DNA from: an uncultured Gammaproteobacteria bacterium
Lineage (GTDB): Bacteria; Patescibacteriota; Microgenomatia; UBA10105; UBA927
Direction: 5' to 3'
Assembly (NCBI GenBank): GCA_964629685.1
Contig: CAZVTT010000001.1
Location: forward strand, 833,319 to 897,318
DNA length: 64,000 bases
A model generated the notes under the pieces. It made no database searches. It saw only the letters and a list, made by a program, of their open reading frames with translations, and was not told the DNA's origin. A program made the position numbers and the translations under genes. Of the stretch, positions 10,114 to 18,897 are shown in pieces; positions within the stretch are counted from its first letter, which is position 1, and each line of letters opens with the position of its first letter.

Positions 10114-12096
10114 ATGGTTGAAGAATTAAAAAAGATAAAGCTGGAAACTACCACGCCTTTACCGCATATGAAAAAGAAACGCAGTAAATTACCGCTCATA
10201 ATACTCGCATGTATAGGTATTCCCGTATTGGTAATTGCCATCGTCGGCGGAATATTGGCATATATGCTTATGCCGCTGCGGACTGTAGCCGATAAAAGTC
10301 AGGTTGTCATGCAAACGGGCCGGGAATTGGCTGCTGCAGTAAAAACCCAGAACTTGGAAGAAACGAAGGTTAAGCTTGCACAGGCCAGGACTCAGTTAGA
10401 GGACGTAAAGCTTGAATACAATAAAGTTGCTGCTTTAAAGTCCGTTCCATTTCTTGGTTTGTATATCCAAGATGGTGAGCATTTCATGAACGCTGCTTTT
10501 GCCGGATTAGATGCGGGTGACAAGGCGGTAGAAGCTCTGGAACCGAACGCAGACCTGCTTGGACTGAAAGGAAAAAGTTCATTCGTATCGGGTAGTGCAG
10601 ATGAGCGAATTCAGACTGCGGTAAAAACGATGAATGCGCTGATTCCGAAAGTAAATGAAGTTGCTACCAGTATAGAAACGTTACAGAAGGAAATTGACGC
10701 TGTAGATCCAAACAGATATCCGGAAAAAATCGGGGATACCGAAATTCGAAGTAAAATGGTAGCCGCAAAAGAATTAATTGATAATGCTGCTACACTTTTT
10801 ATTAATGCTAAACCGTTATTGGTAAATATTCCGAAGATGTTGGGTGAACCAACAGAAAAAAGATATCTGATTTTATTCCAAAATGATAAGGAATTACGTT
10901 CTACAGGTGGATTTATTACCGCCTATGCTCAGTTTAGATTCGTACGGGGTAAGGCGATATTGGAGAAATCGGATGATATTTACAATTTGGATGCTGCCTT
11001 AACCAAAAAATTTCCGGCACCAAAAGAAATTCTTACCTTTCATAAGGGTGTAACCCAATTGAATCTGCGTGATAGTAACTTATCTCCGGATTTTAAAGAA
11101 TCAATGAAGCAATTCTTGGAAATGTATTCATATGTTTCCGGAAAAGAAAAAATTGACGGAATAATCGCATTGGATACCCATGTGTTTGTGGAAACACTAC
11201 GGATTCTGGGACCAACAACTATTTCCGGTAGGGTATTCAGTACTGAAATAGATAAACGCTGTGATTGTCCCCGTGCAGTATATGAATTGGAAGATTACTC
11301 AACCAGACCGGTCGGATACATTAGAACAGCCAGGAAAGATATTATTGGTACGCTTATGCAATACATGCTGCAACAGGCGTTGGGTGTATCTCCATCCAAG
11401 TATTGGGGACAGTTGTTCCAGATGTTGTTAACGCAGGTTAACCAGAAGCATATGATGACGTACTTTAGCGATGAGGAGATTCAAAAGGCAGCCGAAGCAT
11501 TTAATATGGCCGGGAGAGTTATGACGGCTAAAGAGACTGCCGCAGTACTTAAATATCAGGAAGGTAACGGATGGGATTATCTGCAAGTCATAAACAGCAA
11601 TATGGCAGGTGCAAAGTCAAATATGTTCGTTCGTGAAAAAATGACAAAAGAAATTACCGTTAATCAAGACGGGACAATTACGACAAAATTGACGGTTGAT
11701 TACAAGAATTCTTATCCGGGTTCAGACTGTAACCTGGAAAGTGGCGGACTTTGCCTGAATGCACCACTGAGGAATTGGGTACGTGTCTACGTACCTGCCG
11801 GTAGTACGCTGATAGACAGTAAGGGAACGCAATCACCGAAAGACGGTAAATCAGAACCGATGACGACGGCTGAAAGTTTAGGCAAGACGATGTTTGAAGG
11901 TTTCCTGATTGTAAATCCATTGGGAACTGCCAAATTGGAAGTAAACTACACCTCACCGGTAAAAAGTCAGGATGGAAAATACCGTGTGCTGTTACAAAAA
12001 CAACCGGGTACGGAAGTCCAGGAATTTAACGTGAAGTTAAACGGCAAGGACGTTAAAAAATTCGACTTCGTTACCGATACCGAATTAACGTTCTAA
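10114..12096 (+). CDS. DUF4012-like membrane-anchored extracytoplasmic protein
   Basis: Single N-terminal TM and coiled coil, then YLILFQNDKELRSTGGFI, RDSNLSPDF, NMAGAKSN, WVRVYVP and QKQPG, which recur in DUF4012 proteins. Confidence 0.75.
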   Translation: MVEELKKIKLETTTPLPHMKKKRSKLPLIILACIGIPVLVIAIVGGILAYMLMPLRTVADKSQVVMQTGRELAAAVKTQNLEETKVKLAQARTQLEDVKLEYNKVAALKSVPFLGLYIQDGEHFMNAAFAGLDAGDKAVEALEPNADLLGLKGKSSFVSGSADERIQTAVKTMNALIPKVNEVATSIETLQKEIDAVDPNRYPEKIGDTEIRSKMVAAKELIDNAATLFINAKPLLVNIPKMLGEPTEKRYLILFQNDKELRSTGGFITAYAQFRFVRGKAILEKSDDIYNLDAALTKKFPAPKEILTFHKGVTQLNLRDSNLSPDFKESMKQFLEMYSYVSGKEKIDGIIALDTHVFVETLRILGPTTISGRVFSTEIDKRCDCPRAVYELEDYSTRPVGYIRTARKDIIGTLMQYMLQQALGVSPSKYWGQLFQMLLTQVNQKHMMTYFSDEEIQKAAEAFNMAGRVMTAKETAAVLKYQEGNGWDYLQVINSNMAGAKSNMFVREKMTKEITVNQDGTITTKLTVDYKNSYPGSDCNLESGGLCLNAPLRNWVRVYVPAGSTLIDSKGTQSPKDGKSEPMTTAESLGKTMFEGFLIVNPLGTAKLEVNYTSPVKSQDGKYRVLLQKQPGTEVQEFNVKLNGKDVKKFDFVTDTELTF

Positions 12097-12659
12097 TGAT
12101 ACGAAGCTATAAAATTGAAGGTATTGTTCTGAAACGAACGAATCTCGGTGAAGCAGACAGATTGGTTACGTTATTCACCAAGGAAAAAGGGAAAATACGG
12201 GCTATTGCCAAAGGCATTCGGAGAGTCCCCAGCCGTCGCGCCGGACACCTGGAGGTGTTTAATCGGGCGATTATATTTCTGCACAAAGGGAAACAGTTGG
12301 ATATTATAACGGAGGTTCGTTCCCGAAATCGTGTCGTGCAATTGCAAATGGATGTGCAGCGGGTGAGCTACTGTTATTACCTGTGTGAACTGGTAGATAA
12401 ATTATTACCAGAACAGCAAGAACATCAGGATGTGTATGTATTACTAGATAAAGCGTTGGAAGCAATAGACAGAGCAGACTCAAATGCGGATCGTGAGCAA
12501 CATGTTACTGATTTTGCGTTGGAATTATTGTGGACGTTAGGGTTTTTACCGAGATCACAAACGTTGTCTTCACCTCGCTTAACAACCTATATTGAGCAAA
12601 TAACCGAGAGGAAAATGAAGACTGCAGCGCTCTTGACAAAGCTTCACCGGCACGAGTAG
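12096..12659 (+). CDS. recO: DNA repair protein RecO (short form, no C-terminal Zn finger)
   Basis: EGIVLKRTNLGEADRLVTLFTKEKGKIRAIAKG. Confidence 0.92.
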   Translation: MIRSYKIEGIVLKRTNLGEADRLVTLFTKEKGKIRAIAKGIRRVPSRRAGHLEVFNRAIIFLHKGKQLDIITEVRSRNRVVQLQMDVQRVSYCYYLCELVDKLLPEQQEHQDVYVLLDKALEAIDRADSNADREQHVTDFALELLWTLGFLPRSQTLSSPRLTTYIEQITERKMKTAALLTKLHRHE

Positions 12660-12662
12660 TAT
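12633..12662 (+). promoter_or_regulatory. Sigma70-type promoter for the glyQS leader, overlapping the recO 3' end
   Basis: TTGACA (12633-12638), 18-nt spacer, TAGTAT (12657-12662). Predicted start site falls just before the T-box Stem I. Confidence 0.6.
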
Positions 12663-12669
12663 TAGACCA

Positions 12670-12794
12670 GCACGAAGAACTCAATGGCATGAGGGAGTGC
12701 AAAATGTAACGAAGAGCGCTTCGATTAGTATCGAAGAAATAGGGTGGAACCGCCCAGTTTGGGTCCCTAACACATAGTGTGTTAGGGTTTTTTT
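12670..12794 (+). ncRNA. T-box riboswitch (Gly) with ultra-short Stem I, transcription-attenuation type
   Basis: Antiterminator AGGG-TGGAACC-GCCCA/TGGGT-CCCT (12741-12768), Stem III CTTCGAT/ATCGAAG (12719-12736), and a K-turn hairpin 12670-12700 with GGC in its loop. Lies directly upstream of glyQS. Confidence 0.9.
12765..12794 (+). terminator. Intrinsic terminator of the Gly T-box
   Basis: CCCTAACAC-ATAGT-GTGTTAGGG followed by T7; overlaps the antiterminator 3' arm. Confidence 0.9.
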
Positions 12795-12806
12795 GTGGGA
12801 GGGTAT

Positions 12807-14177
12807 ATGACGATTGAATCAGTTGTATCTTTATGCAAGCGTCGGGGATTTGTACTTCCGGGATCAGAAATTTATGGAGGATTGGCAAATTCATGGGACT
12901 ATGGCCCTGTAGGAGTGGAATTAAAACAGAACATAAAACAATTGTGGTGGAAAACTTTCGTTCACGGACGAGATGATATTGTCGGACTTGATGCGGCAAT
13001 AATAATGAATCCCCGAGTGTGGGAGGCATCCGGTCATGTATCTAACTTTGCAGATCCGTTAGTGGAGTGTAAATCCTGTCATACCAGGTTTAGGGTAGAT
13101 CATATAATAGATGCAGCAGATTTTATCAAAATCCAGTCTGATTCTGATAGGCAGCAACAATTCTTACAGGAAAAGATATCCTGTTCCGTTTGCGGCAAAA
13201 AGACCTGGGATAAACCAAAAAAGTTCAATTTGCTATTTCCGGTCCGGTTAGGAGCATCGGAAGAAAGTAGTAGCGTTTCGTATTTGCGGGGTGAGACTGC
13301 TCAAGCAATGTTTGTTGACTTCCCTCAGGTACAACAGACTACTGCAAGAAGGCTTCCGTTTGGTATCGCTCAAATCGGAAAAGCATTCCGGAATGAAGTT
13401 ACACCGGGAAATTTTATTTTTCGAACCCGTGAGTTCGAACAGATGGAAATAGAATACTTTATTGCCCAACCGAAAGCAGAGAAAGAATGGCAGGAATCAT
13501 TTGATCTCTGGAAATCGGAAATGCACAGGTGGATGGATTTGGTCGGAATTGATAGAAGTAAGGTACATGATGTGGAAATTCCCGATGGAGAACGTGCTCA
13601 CTATTCCAAAAGAACGATTGATTTTGAATACGAATACCCGTTCGGGCAGAAGGAATTGTACGGTTTGGCGTATAGAACAGATTTTGATCTAAAAAATCAT
13701 GAAGAGGCAAGCGGAAAATCCATGAAGTACCGTAATCCTGATACCGGAGAAGAGTATTTGCCACATGTCATTGAACCAACATGGGGTGTAGACAGAACGG
13801 TACTTGCCGTCCTGTGTTCTGCGTATCATGAAGAAGGTGAAGGCGATAAAAAAAGAGTATTTTTAAAGCTGCGTCCGTCAGTTGCTCCCTATAAGGCAGC
13901 AGTGTTTCCTTTAGTTAAGAACAAGCCCGAGTTGGTGGAACTTGCTCGGAAGGTGTATCTCGACTTAAAAACAACCATGAATGTGGCTTGGGACGAACGG
14001 GGAAATATTGGTAAACGTTATTTTGCTCAGGATGAAATAGGGACGCCTTGGTGCATCACAATTGACTATGATACACTTACTCAACAGACAGTAACAGTCA
14101 GAGATAGAGATACTACTACCCAGGAACGGGTGAAAATTGATTCACTTCGGCAATATATTGCCGGGCGGATGATATAA
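12807..14177 (+). CDS. glyQS: Glycine--tRNA ligase, alpha2 (eukaryote/archaea-like) type
   Basis: CKRRGF..GSEIYGG, LRGETAQ, QIGKAFRNE, FRTREFEQME, IGKRY..QDEIGTP. SD GGAGGG at 12798. Confidence 0.97.
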   Translation: MTIESVVSLCKRRGFVLPGSEIYGGLANSWDYGPVGVELKQNIKQLWWKTFVHGRDDIVGLDAAIIMNPRVWEASGHVSNFADPLVECKSCHTRFRVDHIIDAADFIKIQSDSDRQQQFLQEKISCSVCGKKTWDKPKKFNLLFPVRLGASEESSSVSYLRGETAQAMFVDFPQVQQTTARRLPFGIAQIGKAFRNEVTPGNFIFRTREFEQMEIEYFIAQPKAEKEWQESFDLWKSEMHRWMDLVGIDRSKVHDVEIPDGERAHYSKRTIDFEYEYPFGQKELYGLAYRTDFDLKNHEEASGKSMKYRNPDTGEEYLPHVIEPTWGVDRTVLAVLCSAYHEEGEGDKKRVFLKLRPSVAPYKAAVFPLVKNKPELVELARKVYLDLKTTMNVAWDERGNIGKRYFAQDEIGTPWCITIDYDTLTQQTVTVRDRDTTTQERVKIDSLRQYIAGRMI

Positions 14178-14191
14178 GCAGAAGGAGAATT

Positions 14192-14665
14192 ATGAAAAAA
14201 ACAACACTCATTGCCCTCGGGTTGGTAGTACTGTTAGTTATAACCGGCGGATTGGTATTTGCCATTATGCGTCGTCCAAAATCAACGACGAAGCCAGTGC
14301 CCGTAACCGAAAATGAAACACCGGTGGCATTACCCACCATAGATCCATCCGTTCAGATAACGGTAGGTGAAACAAATGGAAAAGCAAATACCATTACTGT
14401 CGCGGCAAACGGATTGGCGAATAAAGTAGCCAGTGTGGCTTACGAGATTACGTACGATAGTGAAGGTTTAATAAAAGGTGTAAATTCAGGCAGTAAACCA
14501 ATTGATGTCGCCGGAAAAGATACTTTCGAGCGTGAAGTGTATTTAGGAACCTGCTCACGCAACGTCTGTAAACCGGATACCGGCGTAAAAGCAGTTTCGG
14601 TGGTACTTGAATTTACTGATACTGCGGGTAATAAAAGCCAATTCACCAAGGAATATCCACTTTAG
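14192..14665 (+). CDS. Hypothetical protein with N-terminal TM anchor, Pro/Thr linker and small beta-rich domain
   Basis: SD AAGGAG, hydrophobic N-terminus, YEITY and LGTCSRNVC motifs. Confidence 0.75.
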   Translation: MKKTTLIALGLVVLLVITGGLVFAIMRRPKSTTKPVPVTENETPVALPTIDPSVQITVGETNGKANTITVAANGLANKVASVAYEITYDSEGLIKGVNSGSKPIDVAGKDTFEREVYLGTCSRNVCKPDTGVKAVSVVLEFTDTAGNKSQFTKEYPL

Positions 14666-14819
14666 CCCCAACGAGATATCTGTCTGAACTCCAATAATCC
14701 CCAAATTTTTTGGGATCTGCTTTCATGGTTCCCTAAACGTTGACCGTTTCCGGAAATTCTATTCAGAGTATGTGAAATGGGAAGGAGAATGTTGTGAAAT
14801 GCTTGACAACTACATCAAA

Positions 14820-14855
14820 ATGGTTAACTATGGATATTAGTGGGAGAAAATGGTA
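14820..14855 (+). promoter_or_regulatory. Putative MraZ operator (four TGG boxes at 10-bp spacing)
   Basis: TGGTT/TGGAT/TGGGA/TGGTA start at 14821, 14831, 14841 and 14851, just upstream of mraZ. TTGACA at 14803. MraZ is known to bind 10-bp-phased TGG-type repeats. Confidence 0.7.
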
Positions 14856-14865
14856 AATTAAGTTC

Positions 14866-15267
14866 ATGAAGCTATTCCTTGGGGAATACGGCCATTCACT
14901 GGATGAACGAGGTCGCGTCACACTCCCGCGAAAATTAAGACAGGAACTTGATGAGCGGGAAGTAGTATTATCGCGCGGGTTTGAGCCATGCATATTTGGA
15001 TTTGACAGATTAAGTTGGGAGCGTGAAGCGGCGAAGCACCTTGAAAATTCAGTCACCGATGAGCGAGCGCGACAGTTGCGACGGTATATGTTCGCACCTG
15101 CCGAAAAGGTTGAAGTAGATAAACTTGGTCGTATTCTCGTGCCTGCCCTGCTCAAGGAATATGCGGATATAGCAGTGAACGTAACGATCATCGGTGCAGG
15201 TGACCATTTTGAGATTTGGGATGAATTAAAGTGGAAGTCGTATGCTGCCCAGCTGACGACAATATGA
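14866..15267 (+). CDS. mraZ: Transcriptional regulator MraZ
   Basis: FLGEYGHSLDERGRV and VDKLGRILVP (duplicated DxxGR), IIGAGDHFEIW. Confidence 0.97.
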   Translation: MKLFLGEYGHSLDERGRVTLPRKLRQELDEREVVLSRGFEPCIFGFDRLSWEREAAKHLENSVTDERARQLRRYMFAPAEKVEVDKLGRILVPALLKEYADIAVNVTIIGAGDHFEIWDELKWKSYAAQLTTI

Positions 15268-16130
15268 GATATCACGAACCCGTAATGTTAGCGGAATCAA
15301 TGTTGTATTTGGATGTTACTCCTGGACGACGGTATATAGATGCAACGTTGGGAGGTGGCGGACATACGGCAGAGATACTGCGGCGGGGAGGAATTGTTTT
15401 AGGGATAGACACGGACAATGATGCGTTGAATTACGTGCATACACATATAGTACCGCAGTTTCCATCCACACAACTTAAGACAGCACACGGAAATTTTAGG
15501 GATATAAAGACGATTGCAGTATCTCATTCATGGTCACCGGTTGACGGAGTACTGTTTGATCTGGGTGTTTCAAGTTGGCAGTTTGACCAACCAGCCAGGG
15601 GATTTAGCTATCGCTTTGAAGACGCTCAGTTGGATTTACGATTGGATCAATCAAAAGGTATTCCGGCTTTTGACATAGTAAATAAAAGTTCTGAGGAGGA
15701 GTTATATGAAATTATTTCAACGTTTGGTGAAGAAGAGCGTGCTCGGTCAATTAGTCGTGCTATTCTCAGCGCCCGTAAAGTAAGACCGTTGGTGACGGCG
15801 GGTGATGTCCGTAACGCATTGACGATAGCCCGCATCACACCGGCACCCGAAGTTTTGTCAAGAATTTATCAGGCATTGAGGATTGCGGTAAATGCAGAGT
15901 TGACGGCTCTGGATGCGGCATTGGGTGACCTGAAAGATATCGTAGTAAAACATGGCAGAGTGGTAATTCTGAGTTACCATTCTCTTGAAGACAGAAAGGT
16001 AAAGCGCTTTTTTGCCGGTGACAGTTGGCAAGAATTAACAAAAAAACCTGTAATGGCGGCTCAAAATGAGACAGAAATGAATAGAAGATCACGCAGTGCA
16101 AAATTACGTGCAGCGGAAAAATTGACATGA
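15264..16130 (+). CDS. rsmH: 16S rRNA m4C1402 methyltransferase RsmH
   Basis: HEPVML, DATLGGGGH, DLGVSSWQ, QALRIAVN, SYHSLEDRKVK, SRSAKLR. Confidence 0.97.
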   Translation: MRYHEPVMLAESMLYLDVTPGRRYIDATLGGGGHTAEILRRGGIVLGIDTDNDALNYVHTHIVPQFPSTQLKTAHGNFRDIKTIAVSHSWSPVDGVLFDLGVSSWQFDQPARGFSYRFEDAQLDLRLDQSKGIPAFDIVNKSSEEELYEIISTFGEEERARSISRAILSARKVRPLVTAGDVRNALTIARITPAPEVLSRIYQALRIAVNAELTALDAALGDLKDIVVKHGRVVILSYHSLEDRKVKRFFAGDSWQELTKKPVMAAQNETEMNRRSRSAKLRAAEKLT

Positions 16131-16417
16131 AACATAATATTGTATTACGGTTAATACCTGTTGGAACCATTATATTATTTCTGGCGCAATTGGTGGTTTC
16201 GAATCATCTGGCAGGTAGTGGGTTAGAAGTCCGTAAATTGGAAATCGAGATAGCCCGGATTCAGGATGAAAATCAGCAATTGGAACAGGATTTGGCAGCG
16301 AAATCCTCTTTATTCGCGATTGCAAGCAGAGCAGCCGATTCCGGATTTATAACGCCTTCTAAATATCAGAATTTTAGCTCCGATCAGTATCCTGTGGCAT
16401 TACGTCCACTGCCCTAA
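16127..16417 (+). CDS. FtsL-like cell division protein
   Basis: 96 aa with a TM followed by a heptad coiled coil; lies between rsmH and the class B PBP. Confidence 0.7.
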   Translation: MKHNIVLRLIPVGTIILFLAQLVVSNHLAGSGLEVRKLEIEIARIQDENQQLEQDLAAKSSLFAIASRAADSGFITPSKYQNFSSDQYPVALRPLP

Positions 16418-16429
16418 TTGATTTCAGAT

Positions 16430-18109
16430 ATGATGCGTATCTGGACGGTATATACCGGTTTGCTTATTATCTGTCTATTAATTATTGTCCGGTTGTTTTA
16501 CTGGATGATTATTCAAGGTCCGCAGCTGCGTATTGAGGCAGAATCCCAGTATTTTCACCAACTACCTTTACCGGCACAACGTGGTGTAATCCTGGCACAA
16601 GACGGTTCACCACTGGTTATTAATCAGCCTGCCGGTTTGGTGTATGCTCAGCCAAAAGAAATTAAAGATGTACCGGGTTTTATTCGGGCAATTGCACCTA
16701 TCCTTGCTCTCGATGAAGCTTCACTTTCTGCACAGCTTTCATTACCTGATAGGGTTTGGATTCCATTAGCAAGAAAAGTCGATATGAAGCGCGTTCAACA
16801 ATTACAGGATTTAAAGCTTGAAGGGCTGGGAATAGAAAAGGAGTCTAAACGATTTTATCCCGAAGCATCAATGGCAGCACATATATTAGGATTTGTAGGT
16901 TCAGATCAAAACGGTGGAGATAAAGGATACTTTGGAATTGAAGGGTATTATGACCGTGAACTTCATGGGAAAGACGGTGTTATCCAAATGGAAAAAGATG
17001 TTAAGGGGGCTCCTATTCTTTTAGGTGAGTCACATAGGGTGGAACCGGAAAACGGGAGAACCTTGGTGTTATGGCTGGATCGTACCGTCCAGCATATCGT
17101 GGAACAAAAGCTTAAGGACGGAATAGAAAAATACGGAGCTGTTGAGGGCGCTGTCATAATGCTGGATCCGAGAACGGGAGGTGTACTCGCAGCGGCCACA
17201 TTTCCCAAGTATGATCCCAGTTCATTTAGGGATTTTGATAACGCAATTTTTAAAAATCCTTTAGTTGCCAGTGCATATGAACCCGGATCTACATTCAAAA
17301 CATTAGTAATGGGAGCAGGAATACAGGAAGGAGTGGTTACGCCGGATACCACTATGAATGAGGACGGTCCGGTACCGGTAGGACCTTATCTTATACGAAC
17401 TTGGAATAATCAATACCGAGGTCTAGTAACTATGACGGAAGTACTACAGCATTCATCGAACGTAGGAATGGTTTTTGTAGCGCAAAAATTAGGTCAACAG
17501 AAATTAATTCAATATATTCATAACTTTGGTTTTGGAGAGCTTACCAATATTGATTTGGAAGAGGAAACGCCTGCGACCATGCGCGATGATGCCGAATGGA
17601 AAGAGATAGATATGGCCACAGCTTCTTTCGGACAGGGAATTGCAATTACGCCGCTTCAAATGGTCCGGGCAGTAGCTGCTATAGCTAACAATGGGTGGCT
17701 AATGGAACCGCATATAGTAAAAGAGATTAGGGATAGCCGAGACAGGATAATAAAAATACCGGAACGCCGTATTCGGCAAGTAATTATGCCTGACACAGCA
17801 AAATCCGTAACGGATATGATGGTTAATGCCGTTGATCAAGGTGAAGCTAAATGGGCTAAACCGAAGGGATACCAGATAGCCGGAAAAACCGGAACAGCAC
17901 AGATTCCGGTTTCCGGCCATTACGACGAATCAAAAACTATAGCGTCATTTGTCGGATTTGCACCGGCATATAATCCTAAATTCGTGATGCTTGTTACCCT
18001 GAGGGAACCTACCAGCTCACCTTGGGGCTCGGAAACCGCCGCTCCGTTATTTTTCTCCATAGCAAAAGAGGTGCTATCGCATTATAGTATTCCTCCGTCA
18101 TCGAATTAG
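16430..18109 (+). CDS. ftsI: Class B penicillin-binding protein (FtsI/PBP2)
   Basis: RGVI, YEPGSTFK (SxxK), SSN, GKTGTAQ motifs. Exact start uncertain (16418-16433). Confidence 0.93.
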   Translation: MMRIWTVYTGLLIICLLIIVRLFYWMIIQGPQLRIEAESQYFHQLPLPAQRGVILAQDGSPLVINQPAGLVYAQPKEIKDVPGFIRAIAPILALDEASLSAQLSLPDRVWIPLARKVDMKRVQQLQDLKLEGLGIEKESKRFYPEASMAAHILGFVGSDQNGGDKGYFGIEGYYDRELHGKDGVIQMEKDVKGAPILLGESHRVEPENGRTLVLWLDRTVQHIVEQKLKDGIEKYGAVEGAVIMLDPRTGGVLAAATFPKYDPSSFRDFDNAIFKNPLVASAYEPGSTFKTLVMGAGIQEGVVTPDTTMNEDGPVPVGPYLIRTWNNQYRGLVTMTEVLQHSSNVGMVFVAQKLGQQKLIQYIHNFGFGELTNIDLEEETPATMRDDAEWKEIDMATASFGQGIAITPLQMVRAVAAIANNGWLMEPHIVKEIRDSRDRIIKIPERRIRQVIMPDTAKSVTDMMVNAVDQGEAKWAKPKGYQIAGKTGTAQIPVSGHYDESKTIASFVGFAPAYNPKFVMLVTLREPTSSPWGSETAAPLFFSIAKEVLSHYSIPPSSN

Positions 18110-18146
18110 TTCGGAATGACAGTGTATAATGAAGCGTACTAATACT

Positions 18147-18896
18147 ATGCTTGTACAATTTCCTGATGGACTTTACCGTTCAGATAAAATTGCATTCCGA
18201 AATCTGTTTTATGGCTTTACTACGCGACGTAACGGTGATATGCGGGTTGGGAATAATCGAGCAGCGGTTCTAAGTCAGCTTAATACCGTTTTAACCTCAG
18301 CCATATTTGCCCAACAAGTTCACGGAAATAAGGTATATACGGCGCACGATCAGAATCTTGGTACAACTATCCCCGAAGTTGATGGCGTTGTATATGCGGG
18401 TAAGGGAAAGGCCGTCCTAGGTGTTTTTGGGGGGGATTGTTTGCCTATATTGGCAGGAATGGAAAATGATGATGTCGAATCGTCTGCTGTTTCAGATCCG
18501 GTACTCGGCGCAGTACATGCTGGTTGGCGCGGCGTTTTTGGCGGGGTAATTCCGGCGCTGATTGCTCCAATGGTAAGGCATCAAATATCACCCCAACGCC
18601 TTAAGGTGGTAATAGGACCTCATATTCGGTCGTGTTGCTATAATGTCGCGGAAGCACGGGCTACAATAGCTGTAGAACTGTTCGGAAAAAATGCCGTATC
18701 TTTCCGTCAAGGAAAATATTTTTTGGATTTAACACAAATTGCGTTAAAACAATTCGAGAGCGAAGGTATAGATATTAGAAATATAGATTCTGACTCTCCC
18801 TGCACGGCATGTACTTCTGAAATGTTTTATTCATTCCGGCATGACAGTAAAGCTGATTTTGGTGAGATAATGGGGGTAATTGGTAAATATAACTAG
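18147..18896 (+). CDS. pgeF: PgeF/YfiH family protein (peptidoglycan editing factor / laccase-domain)
   Basis: FTTR, QVHGN, DCLPI, HAGWRG, IGPHI..CCY, CTAC, FYSFR. Start could be 18129. Confidence 0.85.
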   Translation: MLVQFPDGLYRSDKIAFRNLFYGFTTRRNGDMRVGNNRAAVLSQLNTVLTSAIFAQQVHGNKVYTAHDQNLGTTIPEVDGVVYAGKGKAVLGVFGGDCLPILAGMENDDVESSAVSDPVLGAVHAGWRGVFGGVIPALIAPMVRHQISPQRLKVVIGPHIRSCCYNVAEARATIAVELFGKNAVSFRQGKYFLDLTQIALKQFESEGIDIRNIDSDSPCTACTSEMFYSFRHDSKADFGEIMGVIGKYN

Positions 18897-18897
18897 T

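Noticed and set aside
12505-13029. 174-aa minus-strand ORF, and similar ones at 14763-15275, 33592-34101 and 36390-36689
   Set aside because: They overlap well-supported genes or T-box leaders on the opposite strand and show no recognisable motifs.
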